From: an archaeon
GTDB taxonomy: Archaea > SpSt-1190 > DYHY01
DNA: 19,417 nucleotides
Direction: 5' to 3'
NCBI GenBank assembly: GCA_043803745.1
Contig: JAZDJS010000033.1
Location: 1-19,417 of the forward strand
Below, one piece after another: positions 8,478 through 16,215 of the stretch; within the stretch, counting starts at the first letter, position 1; each line of letters begins with the position of its first letter. Under the pieces are notes generated by a model that saw only the letters and a list, made by a program, of their open reading frames with translations, searched no databases and had not been told where the DNA came from. The translations under genes were made by a program, and so were the position numbers.

Positions 8478-8924
8478 ATGGACAAGAAAATAGCTTATTC
8501 CGATTTTCTCAGGCTGAAGACAATAAGGCGCCTCCCGGAAATTGAAAAGGAAAACTACCTGAAGTTTCATTCGGAAACCTGGAAGGAGGATCTCGAAACT
8601 TCCGAACTTCTCTTGGGGAAAAACGAGCGGTGGGCCGTTATTGCCGGATATTATGCTATGCACAACCTCGCGAAGGAGTATATTGCGCGCAAGTTCAACC
8701 TGAAGATTGACGGCAAGTTCGTCCATGCTGCCGCGGTTTCCGCGCTGCGGGAATTCTCAAGGAGGGACCCCCTTTCAGGAGAGCTTGCGGAACTCCTGGA
8801 AAAGGCGAAGGCGGGACGGGCGCTCTCGCAATATTACACTGGGAAGAAGATTTCCTCCGGAAACGCAACCGAATTCCTTGAGACAGTCGTCAGAGCTTTT
8901 GTGAAGAAGGCGGGGCGGCTCTGA
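8478..8924 (+). CDS. HEPN domain protein (toxin-type partner of MNT)
   Basis: WAVIAGYYAMHNLAK, internal His (VHAAA) and R-x4-Y (RALSQYY) are typical of small archaeal HEPN proteins; 148 aa; directly upstream of an MNT gene. Confidence 0.8.
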   Translation: MDKKIAYSDFLRLKTIRRLPEIEKENYLKFHSETWKEDLETSELLLGKNERWAVIAGYYAMHNLAKEYIARKFNLKIDGKFVHAAAVSALREFSRRDPLSGELAELLEKAKAGRALSQYYTGKKISSGNATEFLETVVRAFVKKAGRL

Positions 8925-8925
8925 A

Positions 8926-9483
8926 ATGACTCTTGAGGTTTTCCTCGGAAACAAGACCGCCTGGAAAATACTGAGGCTGCTTTCCGAAGCTCCTGGAAAA
9001 GGGGTCAAACGGACCAAGATAAGGCTGCTCACCGGAAGCGGGAACCTTGCCCTTTCCAATGCGCTCTCCCTTCTCGAGCGTTTCGGAATCCTTGACAAGC
9101 GGAAAGTCGGAAGGGCCGAGCTCTATTCAATGCGCCCCTCGAAATATTACAAAAGCCTTCTCGGGATTTTCGAAAGGGAGCGGGAAATCTTCAAGGGAAT
9201 GACGCCCTCCGAAATAACCCGCGTCTCGAAGGCGGTTGAGGTTATTGCACGGATGCACATTCCCCCGAAAAAAATCTTCCTTTTCGGCAGCAGGGCGAAG
9301 AGGACGGCTGTGGACGGAAGCGATTACGATATTTGCCTCGTTTTTGACAAACCCCCCCGGGAACTACCGAAGGTTCCCGAGGAATTCCAGCTCCACATAT
9401 TCTCAGAAAATGAATTTATCCCGAAAAACCCCCTTGTCCGGGAAATTCTTGAGGATGGGATAGAGATTCTAGGACGGGATTGA
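8926..9483 (+). CDS. wHTH-fused minimal nucleotidyltransferase (MNT, antitoxin-type)
   Basis: Pol-beta NTase motif IFLFGSRAKRTAVDGSDYDICLVFD (GS-x10-DxD); C-terminal LVREILEDGIEI; N-terminal ArsR-like winged helix (WKILRLL...ALSNALSLLERFGILDKRKVGRAELY). Confidence 0.88.
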   Translation: MTLEVFLGNKTAWKILRLLSEAPGKGVKRTKIRLLTGSGNLALSNALSLLERFGILDKRKVGRAELYSMRPSKYYKSLLGIFEREREIFKGMTPSEITRVSKAVEVIARMHIPPKKIFLFGSRAKRTAVDGSDYDICLVFDKPPRELPKVPEEFQLHIFSENEFIPKNPLVREILEDGIEILGRD

Positions 9484-9548
9484 GCGGAACAACGAGAAGA
9501 AGCTGGCAGCAATGAACAAGGAGCTCGGGGTCACTGACGAGGACTGAG
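9483..9548 (+). repeat. Direct repeat copy 2 (66 bp, identical to 8334-8399)
   Basis: Exact match. After one mismatch (G8400/A9549) it extends by CTAG (8401-8404 / 9550-9553). Confidence 0.97.
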
Positions 9549-9549
9549 A

Positions 9550-10029
9550 CTAGATTTTCCAGTTTTTCTCCTGATATTTCTCCTCTCTAAGGAGGCGCTC
9601 AATTTCCCGCCGGATTGCTTGGCAGTCTTCCTCAGTCAGAGGCTTGAAATCCCTGTAAAAGCCAGGCTTATCCTCCCTTTTCGGGAGAAAAACAGCCTCC
9701 CCGTATTTTTGGACCTTCGCGCTTTTCGCCCGTCCGTAGACATGCATGTGGAAGAAGGGGCCCTCCGGGGAAAAAACGCTCCAGTTCCCCATGTCCTGGA
9801 AATTCACCCGCCCGATGTCAACCCCGCGGGCGTTCAGTGCGCGTGTCATCGCCGCCCCGACAATGCAGGAGATGCGCATTACCTCAACGGCAAGCTTCGG
9901 AGGGAGGTCCCAGCGATTCCTTACCCGGACCTTCGGAAGAATCTTGATATGCCCGCCGTCATCCCTGTCAATGTGAGGCTTTTCAGGAGCCTCGACAGCG
10001 AAGTTTTCCGTTTCGTAAATCAGCGTCAT
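9550..10029 (-). CDS. HIT (histidine triad) family nucleotide hydrolase-like protein
   Basis: LIYETENF start, PHIDRDDGGHIKILPK, VNFQDMGNW and FFHMHVYGR (degenerate HxHxH). Confidence 0.8.
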   Translation of the reverse strand: MTLIYETENFAVEAPEKPHIDRDDGGHIKILPKVRVRNRWDLPPKLAVEVMRISCIVGAAMTRALNARGVDIGRVNFQDMGNWSVFSPEGPFFHMHVYGRAKSAKVQKYGEAVFLPKREDKPGFYRDFKPLTEEDCQAIRREIERLLREEKYQEKNWKI

Positions 10030-10595
10030 TTTTCCAGAATCTCCGAATCGATTCGCTCAAGGAGCTTGTCAAACTTCAAAAAGCCCGCTTCCCCGTTCAG
10101 GTGCTTTCCCCCCGGAATTAACGTCAATTGCACTCCTAATTCCTTTGCAATCTTTTCTCCGTTTCCGAGGCAGATATACTGGTCGTTCTCGGAATGGAAG
10201 ACCAGGAATTTCCCTGCGGAGGCGCGGATTTTCCCCCAGTCAAAAGGTTTCCCGATGAAAGGCGAGTCAGTTTCGTAATATTTTATCGGGAGGACGCCCA
10301 CTGGCGCGGCAACAATAACAACGGCCTTTACTTTCGTCTGCAGCGTTTCAAGAGCCCGGAGAAGGAAAGCCCCCCCGAGGCTGTGGCCAATCAGGATTGA
10401 TTCCGGACCCAATTTTCCACGGTATTTGTCGAAAATCTCGAACCAGTTTTCCGGAAGCTGGTTTTCCGGGGTCGGGAACTGCGGGACGAAAACCTCGAAA
10501 CCGCGCGCCTCGAGCTCGCCCTTCAGCCAAGGGAACCAGTTTTCCCCGGGGCTCCCGGCAGTGCCGTGGATGATTAACGCAGTCTTCTTTTCCAA
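10026..10595 (-). CDS. RBBP9/YdeN-family alpha/beta hydrolase
   Basis: IIHGTAGSPGENWFPWLK, nucleophile GHSLGG, HSENDQYI (Asp) and GGKHLN (His). Start set to TTG at 10595 (189 aa), just after the nitroreductase stop; 4-bp overlap with the HIT gene. Confidence 0.9.
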   Translation of the reverse strand: MEKKTALIIHGTAGSPGENWFPWLKGELEARGFEVFVPQFPTPENQLPENWFEIFDKYRGKLGPESILIGHSLGGAFLLRALETLQTKVKAVVIVAAPVGVLPIKYYETDSPFIGKPFDWGKIRASAGKFLVFHSENDQYICLGNGEKIAKELGVQLTLIPGGKHLNGEAGFLKFDKLLERIDSEILEK

Positions 10596-10602
10596 GTAGG
10601 GC

Positions 10603-11661
10603 TCACTTTTCCAGAAATTCCCCGACAGGTTTCCTTGGCGTTGGCGAGCTGAGCCGCTCAGCCGAGCCAATCCGGACGACTGCTTGCGGGAATCCGGGCT
10701 GTCCGACAATTTCCTTTAGTTGCGTGCGGAACTCCGGAACGTCCGCCGGGGCAAAGGAGGTTTCAGTCTCATATCCGATGCTTGCCGCTGTCAGAGCCAT
10801 CAGCTGGAGCGCGAGCCCGGTCCTGACCCAGGCCTGCCTGAGGTCGGTCTCAGTTGAAAGAACGCAGACAAGCGGCGCCGGGGAGAACCGGCTTCCGAGG
10901 TTTTCGGCCTCCCTCTTCCAAAAATGGAATGTCTTTGCAATCCGGGAATTCAGGATGCTCAGGGGACCTGAGAACCCGCAGACTGCCCCGTCAAGCTTCT
11001 TCGAATATGCGCTCCTCACCCAGCGGGAAACTTCCTGCCGGTATTCCCGGGATTCCCCGAGTTTTGTCTGTGCGCCTTTCAAAATTTCCCCAATATTTCT
11101 CTTCGGCTCCTCGCCAGTGACCAGCGAGAGAAGGATTCCGTCCCCTCCGACAACGGCTGATGCAAGATGGGAAATGACATCCTCGGGAATACTCTCCATC
11201 CTGAAAAGTCCGCGCGAGGTCCTCCTTGTCGGGATTGCCCCGAAAATCTCGGGAGTGAACGCGCTTCCCGCGCCGCCCGAAACCTTCGCATGCTCCTCAT
11301 TGTTATGGAGCGCGCCAAAGTTCAAGGTCACGATTGCCCCGGCAAAACCCTCCGAAGGGAACTCCGCCGCGGCCGGAACTCCGAACCGGTCCGCCGCTAC
11401 AAGGAAGTTCGCAACAGTTGCCCCGAGGGAAACGTGCGCCTGCCGCCTCTCGGAATCAGCTGCCTTCAAACCCGTTTCGAAATTTCCAAGGAAGCTTATC
11501 CGCGCCCCTTCGATTTTGAATTTCCAGGGCTGGGTGTTGAAAGCCGAGGGCGCGAGGATTGCGTATTCGAGAAGGAATTTTATTTTTTCCTCCTCCGTTG
11601 CGGAAGCCGGGAAATCAAGTTCTGAGACAATCCTTCTCTTTGTTGTGCGTTCTTTTGCCAT
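10603..11661 (-). CDS. Acg-type (tandem-domain) nitroreductase-family FMN-binding protein
   Basis: LAPSAFNTQPWKF, SLGATVANF, IPTRRTSRGLF, AWVRTGLALQLMALTAASIG, PQAVVRIG and TPRKPV motifs; 352 aa. Confidence 0.88.
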   Translation of the reverse strand: MAKERTTKRRIVSELDFPASATEEEKIKFLLEYAILAPSAFNTQPWKFKIEGARISFLGNFETGLKAADSERRQAHVSLGATVANFLVAADRFGVPAAAEFPSEGFAGAIVTLNFGALHNNEEHAKVSGGAGSAFTPEIFGAIPTRRTSRGLFRMESIPEDVISHLASAVVGGDGILLSLVTGEEPKRNIGEILKGAQTKLGESREYRQEVSRWVRSAYSKKLDGAVCGFSGPLSILNSRIAKTFHFWKREAENLGSRFSPAPLVCVLSTETDLRQAWVRTGLALQLMALTAASIGYETETSFAPADVPEFRTQLKEIVGQPGFPQAVVRIGSAERLSSPTPRKPVGEFLEK

Positions 11662-11761
11662 TTGGATTGGGAAACTGCGGAATTCAAATTAATTAAGCTT
11701 TTCCCTTCAGGTCGCGCGGAATGCCAACCCTTAATAGGGGCTCTTTGAGGCTCTTAGCGCA

Positions 11762-12190
11762 ATGGAAGAATCTACTGCAAAGGAACTTTTGGAAGAGATT
11801 AGAAAGCTCCGGACTGATATTTCAGCATCACTTGAAAAGATACGCTCCGAGCTTGAGCAGGCAAGGATTGCTCGGGCGGAAAGGAGGCCCTTCAACAAGC
11901 CGTTCGGCAGGCCCGGAGATTCCGGACCGTCTACCCAGGGGAATTTCAGCCGCTATCCAAGGCCTTATGGCAAGCCCTTCGGCAAGCCCTTCGGCAAGCC
12001 CTTCGGAAGACCATCCGACAGGCCGCGCTTTGAAAGCGGCGAAGAAAGGACTTCCTTTGGCGACAGGCCCGCCGGGGACAGGGGCGACTCAAAACCCTTC
12101 TGGCAGAAGAAGCGTGAAGGCGGCCGAAGCGGAGGCTTTGAGCGGCGGAGCGGGAACCGGGGACGGGACAGGGAAAAAGAACGGTATTGA
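11762..12190 (+). CDS. Small protein with N-terminal coiled coil and Arg/Gly/Phe-rich disordered tail (possible RNA-binding)
   Basis: ELLEEIRKLRTDISASLEKIRSELEQ followed by KPFG repeats and REGGRSGGFERRSGNRGRDRE; TATA-like TTAATA at about 11731. Confidence 0.7.
   Translation: MEESTAKELLEEIRKLRTDISASLEKIRSELEQARIARAERRPFNKPFGRPGDSGPSTQGNFSRYPRPYGKPFGKPFGKPFGRPSDRPRFESGEERTSFGDRPAGDRGDSKPFWQKKREGGRSGGFERRSGNRGRDREKERY
11969..12006 (+). repeat. 12-bp tandem repeat (GGCAAGCCCTTC)x3 encoding GKPF x3
   Basis: Three exact in-frame copies plus GG. Confidence 0.9.
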
Positions 12191-12248
12191 GACTAGAAAA
12201 TACCCTACTCTTGCGTAGTTTTATAATCCCAGTAAGCATACCCAGAGA

Positions 12249-12818
12249 ATGACCTCTCTTAAAAGCAAATTCTGGAAAGCTGCTGGCGACTCCGAACTTT
12301 TGACCGCCCTTTCCGGCGCGGACGAAATTATCTATTACCGGAAGGGCGAAGAGCTCTCCGGAGAAAAAGTTGCGGAAAAAGCGGGAGGAATATTCTCAAC
12401 GGATTTCGGAGTTGAGAGAATTCCCATTCTGCCCTTCAGGAATGTTTACACGGAACAGAGAAGCGAGCTTCTTGAGATTCCTGAGATTAGGCGGGAAACG
12501 AGGATTGCGCTCGTCGAGATTGACGGGGACACTTACAGGCATGTCGCAGATGTCGAGATAACCCGGAACGCCCTTACCGGGAATTACGCCAACATTTCCT
12601 TCCCTGCAAAGGATTTGCGGGCAAAGGCAACCGGGCTCGAAGCGGAGTTCAAAGCAAGGATTCCCGAAGGGCCTGGGGAGAAATTCACAATTTTCTCAGA
12701 CATTCCTGCAGGATACTCCCCGAACATCCAGCTCTGGGCGCCCGTTGAGGCAAGCAAGGATTTCCCCGGAAGGGCTGGCGAAGTGGTTTCGCAGGTAATG
12801 GGAATTTATTCTGATTGA
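12249..12818 (+). CDS. Hypothetical protein (189 aa)
   Basis: Clean ORF with TTTTATAA about 25 nt upstream; no family motif recognised. Confidence 0.7.
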   Translation: MTSLKSKFWKAAGDSELLTALSGADEIIYYRKGEELSGEKVAEKAGGIFSTDFGVERIPILPFRNVYTEQRSELLEIPEIRRETRIALVEIDGDTYRHVADVEITRNALTGNYANISFPAKDLRAKATGLEAEFKARIPEGPGEKFTIFSDIPAGYSPNIQLWAPVEASKDFPGRAGEVVSQVMGIYSD

Positions 12819-12870
12819 ACAAAAATCTGAGATTCCCTAGCCCAAATCAGGACCAACCGCCATCAGACTT

Positions 12871-12891
12871 AAAAATGCCGGAGGCACTTTT
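12871..12891 (-). terminator. Hairpin AAAAGUGCC-UCC-GGCAUUUUU between convergent genes
   Basis: 9-bp stem (one G-U on the minus strand) ending in a U tract, about 115 nt downstream of the 13004-13465 gene. Confidence 0.45.
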
Positions 12892-12896
12892 CTCAT

Positions 12897-12989
12897 GCAG
12901 CTGCAGCTGCTTGCGTGACCGCGGCAGTAACAAACCGCCTTAGCGCAAAACTGTCGTCCGTACTAAAAACCGGGCTCCGCTGCGGCTGC
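12897..12989 (-). ncRNA. Candidate structured RNA immediately downstream of the RNase H-like gene
   Basis: Nested stems read by eye on the minus strand: GCAGCCGCAGC/GCUGCAGCUGC (10 of 11 pairs), UUUGCG/CGCAAG and GGCGGU/ACUGCC. Confidence 0.4.
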
Positions 12990-13003
12990 TTTCAGTCATC
13001 CAT

Positions 13004-13465
13004 TCAAATCTCGTTCAGTATTTTTCCAGCGGTCAGGGTTCTCGACGGCTTTGCAGAGCCCCTGAAAACCGCAATTGCATTTTTGTGAGCAAGCGAGCCT
13101 TTTCCGATTTTTTCAAAGAGAACTCTCGAAGGCGGAAATTCCACTCCAAACAATTTCTTCAAGTACTTTACCGTGAAATAGCGGATTTCACTTTCATGGC
13201 CGGGATATTCGGTGTCAACCACCAGATATGAATCGCGCTCTCCCAAAAAAACGCGCGCAGCAACTGCAACGAGAAAAGCAAACGTCCTCAAATACCCGGT
13301 TTTCCTCCTGAAGAAATTCCTGTCGCTTTTTAGAATCAACTGCTTTTCCGACCTTTCAAGCGCGACGGAGAATATCGCCTTGGAAACCAAGCTAACGGCA
13401 GCTACGACGGTTCGCTCATTTGTTTTTTCCACCTTACCGCTCTGGTCAAACTGAACAAGCGCCAC
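13004..13465 (-). CDS. Small RNase H-like fold protein (DUF3800-like)
   Basis: GTG start. First strand VQFDQSGKVE resembles the DESG motif of DUF3800; second acidic motif LVVDTEYPGHE; IGKGSLAHKNA near the C-terminus. TATA-like TTTTTAAT about 25 nt upstream. Confidence 0.55.
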   Translation of the reverse strand: MALVQFDQSGKVEKTNERTVVAAVSLVSKAIFSVALERSEKQLILKSDRNFFRRKTGYLRTFAFLVAVAARVFLGERDSYLVVDTEYPGHESEIRYFTVKYLKKLFGVEFPPSRVLFEKIGKGSLAHKNAIAVFRGSAKPSRTLTAGKILNEI

Positions 13466-13523
13466 AAAGAGCGAGCCTGATTTGCGATTAAAAACCGGCT
13501 GAGGGCGCCTTTCCGGTATTTTT

Positions 13524-14708
13524 TCATTTCAGGTGCCTTTCTTCAATCCTGGAGAAAATCGCTGCCAAAATGGCGAAAATCCCGATTCCGGCAAGGGTCC
13601 AGTGGGCTGAGAATCCTGCGAAGAATCCGACGACAAGATTTGCTATCGCAATCGAAGCGCGCTTGCCCATTGAAACCGCAGAAAGGACTGTCGCCCGCTC
13701 CCGAGAGGGAATGTGTTTGTTGATGTATGAGCTTATGAGCGTCCATCTCGTCATCCCGAAGGAACAGGCGACAATCGCAAGGAAAATTGCAAGCCAAGGG
13801 GTTTTCGCAAATGCAAGGGCAAGAACCGCCGACCCAGTCAGGAAAGCGCTTGCCGAAAGATAGCCCCTCTTCTCCCTGAAGCGGGATTCAAGCCAGGAGA
13901 ATTTTCCGGCGACAATCAGCTGCCCGACAACAAGCCCGGCATGGACAAACCCGAAGTAGAAAATCGGGAATCCGAGCTCCTTCAGGAAAAGCTGGTAGAA
14001 CCAGATTACGAAATACCCGGAAATTGCGGTCGAGATCCCGTCGAAAGCGAGGATTTTCACGGTCTTTTTCCTGAGGAAAATCCTGACCCCTGAAAAAAGC
14101 GTCCGGAAGTAGTTCTTGTGCGCGCGCAGCCGCCCGATTGACGGCTCCTTCAGCGAAAGCGCAACAAGGACTGCAACGAAAGGCCCGACCGCGCTGAGCC
14201 TCATTGGCCAGGTTATCCCGAGCCATCCCGCAACGAAGCTTCCGGCAATTCCGGTCACAAGAATCCCGGAAAGCCTTGTGCTTTCCAATCTGCCGAGGAA
14301 GTCTTTCGCTTTTTTCTCCTGTTTCATTTCCCGGAGTGTGTCGTATGCAATTGCCTCATCAGCGCCTGAGACAAGCGCCGCCCCGACAGCCATCAGGAAT
14401 TCGGAAAGGAGGAAGAGGCGGAAATCCGGGATAATCGCATATGTGATTGCGCCGACCCCCCAAAAAAGCCTCCCGAGGGCGACAGATTTTTTCCGTCCGA
14501 AATGGTCGGCAATCGCGCCGGTCGGGACCTCAAGAGCGAAAATCCAGAACATGAACCAGAACTGGAGGAAGAGGATCTGCCCCATGCCGAGGTTGCCCCA
14601 GTCGGTGAAGAATGGGACAAGAACTGCCGAGAAGAGGTGCGCGCCCTCAAGGAAGAAGAGGAGATAGAGCTTTTTGATGTTTGAGGAGAATTTTTGACCG
14701 AGGGACAT
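13524..14708 (-). CDS. Major facilitator superfamily transporter (394 aa)
   Basis: About 12 hydrophobic segments; motif A LEVPTGAIADHFGRKKS; SGADEAIAYDTL; IPSRERATVLS. Start set to ATG14708. Confidence 0.92.
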   Translation of the reverse strand: MSLGQKFSSNIKKLYLLFFLEGAHLFSAVLVPFFTDWGNLGMGQILFLQFWFMFWIFALEVPTGAIADHFGRKKSVALGRLFWGVGAITYAIIPDFRLFLLSEFLMAVGAALVSGADEAIAYDTLREMKQEKKAKDFLGRLESTRLSGILVTGIAGSFVAGWLGITWPMRLSAVGPFVAVLVALSLKEPSIGRLRAHKNYFRTLFSGVRIFLRKKTVKILAFDGISTAISGYFVIWFYQLFLKELGFPIFYFGFVHAGLVVGQLIVAGKFSWLESRFREKRGYLSASAFLTGSAVLALAFAKTPWLAIFLAIVACSFGMTRWTLISSYINKHIPSRERATVLSAVSMGKRASIAIANLVVGFFAGFSAHWTLAGIGIFAILAAIFSRIEERHLK

Positions 14709-14784
14709 TTGCCAGTTTGAAGTTTCGGAAATTAAATCAATTGGGACTTTTGGCCCCGATTTGTCCCGAAAGAGCCCAGAGCAA

Positions 14785-14796
14785 GTTTTATATACT
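14785..14796 (+). promoter_or_regulatory. Putative TATA box (TTTTATATA) for the metallophosphoesterase gene
   Basis: About 25-30 nt upstream of ATG14818 in the divergent intergenic region. Confidence 0.5.
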
Positions 14797-14817
14797 ATTT
14801 TCTGGTAGTGATACTCA

Positions 14818-15744
14818 ATGCCTAAGTTCGGTCCGGGAATAGCCATTCTCTCAGATGCCCATGCAAATAGGGAGGCCTGGAACTCTGCAATGGCCTCACT
14901 TTCGCGCGCACCGGAACAAAACATAGTGGAATACTGGTTCCTCGGTGATGCTTTGGATGGCGGACCCGAACCGGCATATATTGTAGGACAGCTGATTGCA
15001 AAGAAGTTCAAGCCCATTATGGGCAACCATGACGTAGTCGACCCCAAATTGGCGGATTTTGTTTCAACGGCCAAAGACGCCCAAGAGTTTCACAAATGGT
15101 CTGTTTCACAGCTTTGGCCTGACCAGATACAATATTTGTATGAGCTTCCCCAATATCACAGGGACGCGCCCGCATTAGCAATCCACGGGCTTCCAACGGA
15201 AAATCTTCTCTCAAGAAGGCCGACAACGAAAAGCACCGGAGTTGATACGCGTGCAGCACTGACAACTATACAGGGATTTGACGGAAAGCTCAGAATAAAT
15301 CCGGATTATGCTGAGATTGCCAAGCTTCTTGAACGTACTGGCTTGCCTATACTTTTCTCAGGGCACACGCACACACCAAGGATAATCGAGCTTACTCCTG
15401 AAGGCGAAAAGACGAGCGGCGAATGCAAAGGGCTCCGGGCAGATGCGATTTACAGAGAAGCCATGACCGATTCCGGCCTTTATGTTGGGTTGAATCCTGG
15501 CCGCGTCTATATCATAAACGCCCCTCCCGTTGTTGGCAAAAACGAATTCTTCGACAAAACCGGAGTCATGATCTACTATCCTGATGCCAGCGCAATCTGG
15601 ATTGGCGCTGCCAAGTATGACTATAACTCAACAGCCGATAAGCTAGTGAACTTGCACGTTCCCTGCAACAAAGACTTCGACGTGAAATCAGTCAGACAAG
15701 AGGCGGCCAAATACGTCAGAGCATTAACAGGCCAACAGCGCTAG
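14818..15744 (+). CDS. Calcineurin-like metallophosphoesterase
   Basis: All five motifs in order: SDAHAN, LGDALDGGP, MGNHD, IHG, SGHTH. Confidence 0.92.
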   Translation: MPKFGPGIAILSDAHANREAWNSAMASLSRAPEQNIVEYWFLGDALDGGPEPAYIVGQLIAKKFKPIMGNHDVVDPKLADFVSTAKDAQEFHKWSVSQLWPDQIQYLYELPQYHRDAPALAIHGLPTENLLSRRPTTKSTGVDTRAALTTIQGFDGKLRINPDYAEIAKLLERTGLPILFSGHTHTPRIIELTPEGEKTSGECKGLRADAIYREAMTDSGLYVGLNPGRVYIINAPPVVGKNEFFDKTGVMIYYPDASAIWIGAAKYDYNSTADKLVNLHVPCNKDFDVKSVRQEAAKYVRALTGQQR

Positions 15745-15768
15745 TTTTATCATAATTTTTTAAACTCC

Positions 15769-16215
15769 GTGGCGCTGGATTTGACAGTGAAACTCCACCT
15801 TCCAGCGGGAATCAGAAAAAAGCTTGCCTATCTCGAGCTTGAGGCAATCTACCGCCTTTCCGGTTTCAAGCCGCAGAAGCTTCCGGCTGAAAGTGATTAC
15901 CGATTCTTCGTCCCGATTGACTGGCCGGCGTCCTCAAGTGCAAGAACTGTCCTCGGAGACGACTTGAAGCCGGCATTCGTCCTGCTTGAAGTGACCTACC
16001 CGGACGAAACAAGGATTGTCCGCGCTGGGGAAAAGATGGAAAAGACTCTCGGAGCGGTTGCAAAGAAATACGGGTTCGAGCCGGTTTCGGAGGGACCGGG
16101 CGCATATGCCGGGGGAATCTTCGGATATTTCGTCAGGCTTGACCTGCCAAAGCAGGTTTCACAACGGCAACCTGGCCAAGATAATTCTCCCTTCCAGATG
16201 CCACGGCTGCAATAG
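15769..16215 (+). CDS. Hypothetical protein (148 aa)
   Basis: GTG-start ORF 24 nt after the phosphoesterase; the 3' end overlaps the convergent ORF by 83 nt. Confidence 0.55.
   Translation: MALDLTVKLHLPAGIRKKLAYLELEAIYRLSGFKPQKLPAESDYRFFVPIDWPASSSARTVLGDDLKPAFVLLEVTYPDETRIVRAGEKMEKTLGAVAKKYGFEPVSEGPGAYAGGIFGYFVRLDLPKQVSQRQPGQDNSPFQMPRLQ

Larger units (their letters stand above)
8334..9548. mobile_element. Candidate 1149-bp inserted cassette carrying HEPN-MNT, bounded by 66-bp direct repeats
   Basis: An exact direct repeat flanks exactly two genes with their own TATA-like element. No recombinase in the window. Confidence 0.55.

Noticed and set aside
8334-9548. 66-bp repeat considered as a CRISPR repeat or IS ends
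   Set aside because: Only two copies 1149 bp apart, direct rather than inverted, coding-derived; no cas or transposase gene.
9619-10278. 219-aa plus-strand ORF
   Set aside because: Antisense to the HIT and hydrolase genes; no recognisable motifs.
10596-10709. N-terminal extension of the hydrolase ORF
   Set aside because: Overlaps the nitroreductase 3' end; family-like sequence begins at TTG10595.
10724-11692. 322-aa plus-strand ORF
   Set aside because: Antisense shadow of the nitroreductase, which has clear family motifs; Ser-rich composition typical of reverse-frame translation.
14741-14769. GGGAC-N15-GTCCC inverted repeat between the MFS and phosphoesterase genes
   Set aside because: Only a 5-bp core and no second instance found; too weak to call an operator.
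14709-15074. 122-aa N-terminal extension of the MFS ORF
   Set aside because: Overlaps the divergent metallophosphoesterase and its promoter; MFS similarity starts at ATG14708.
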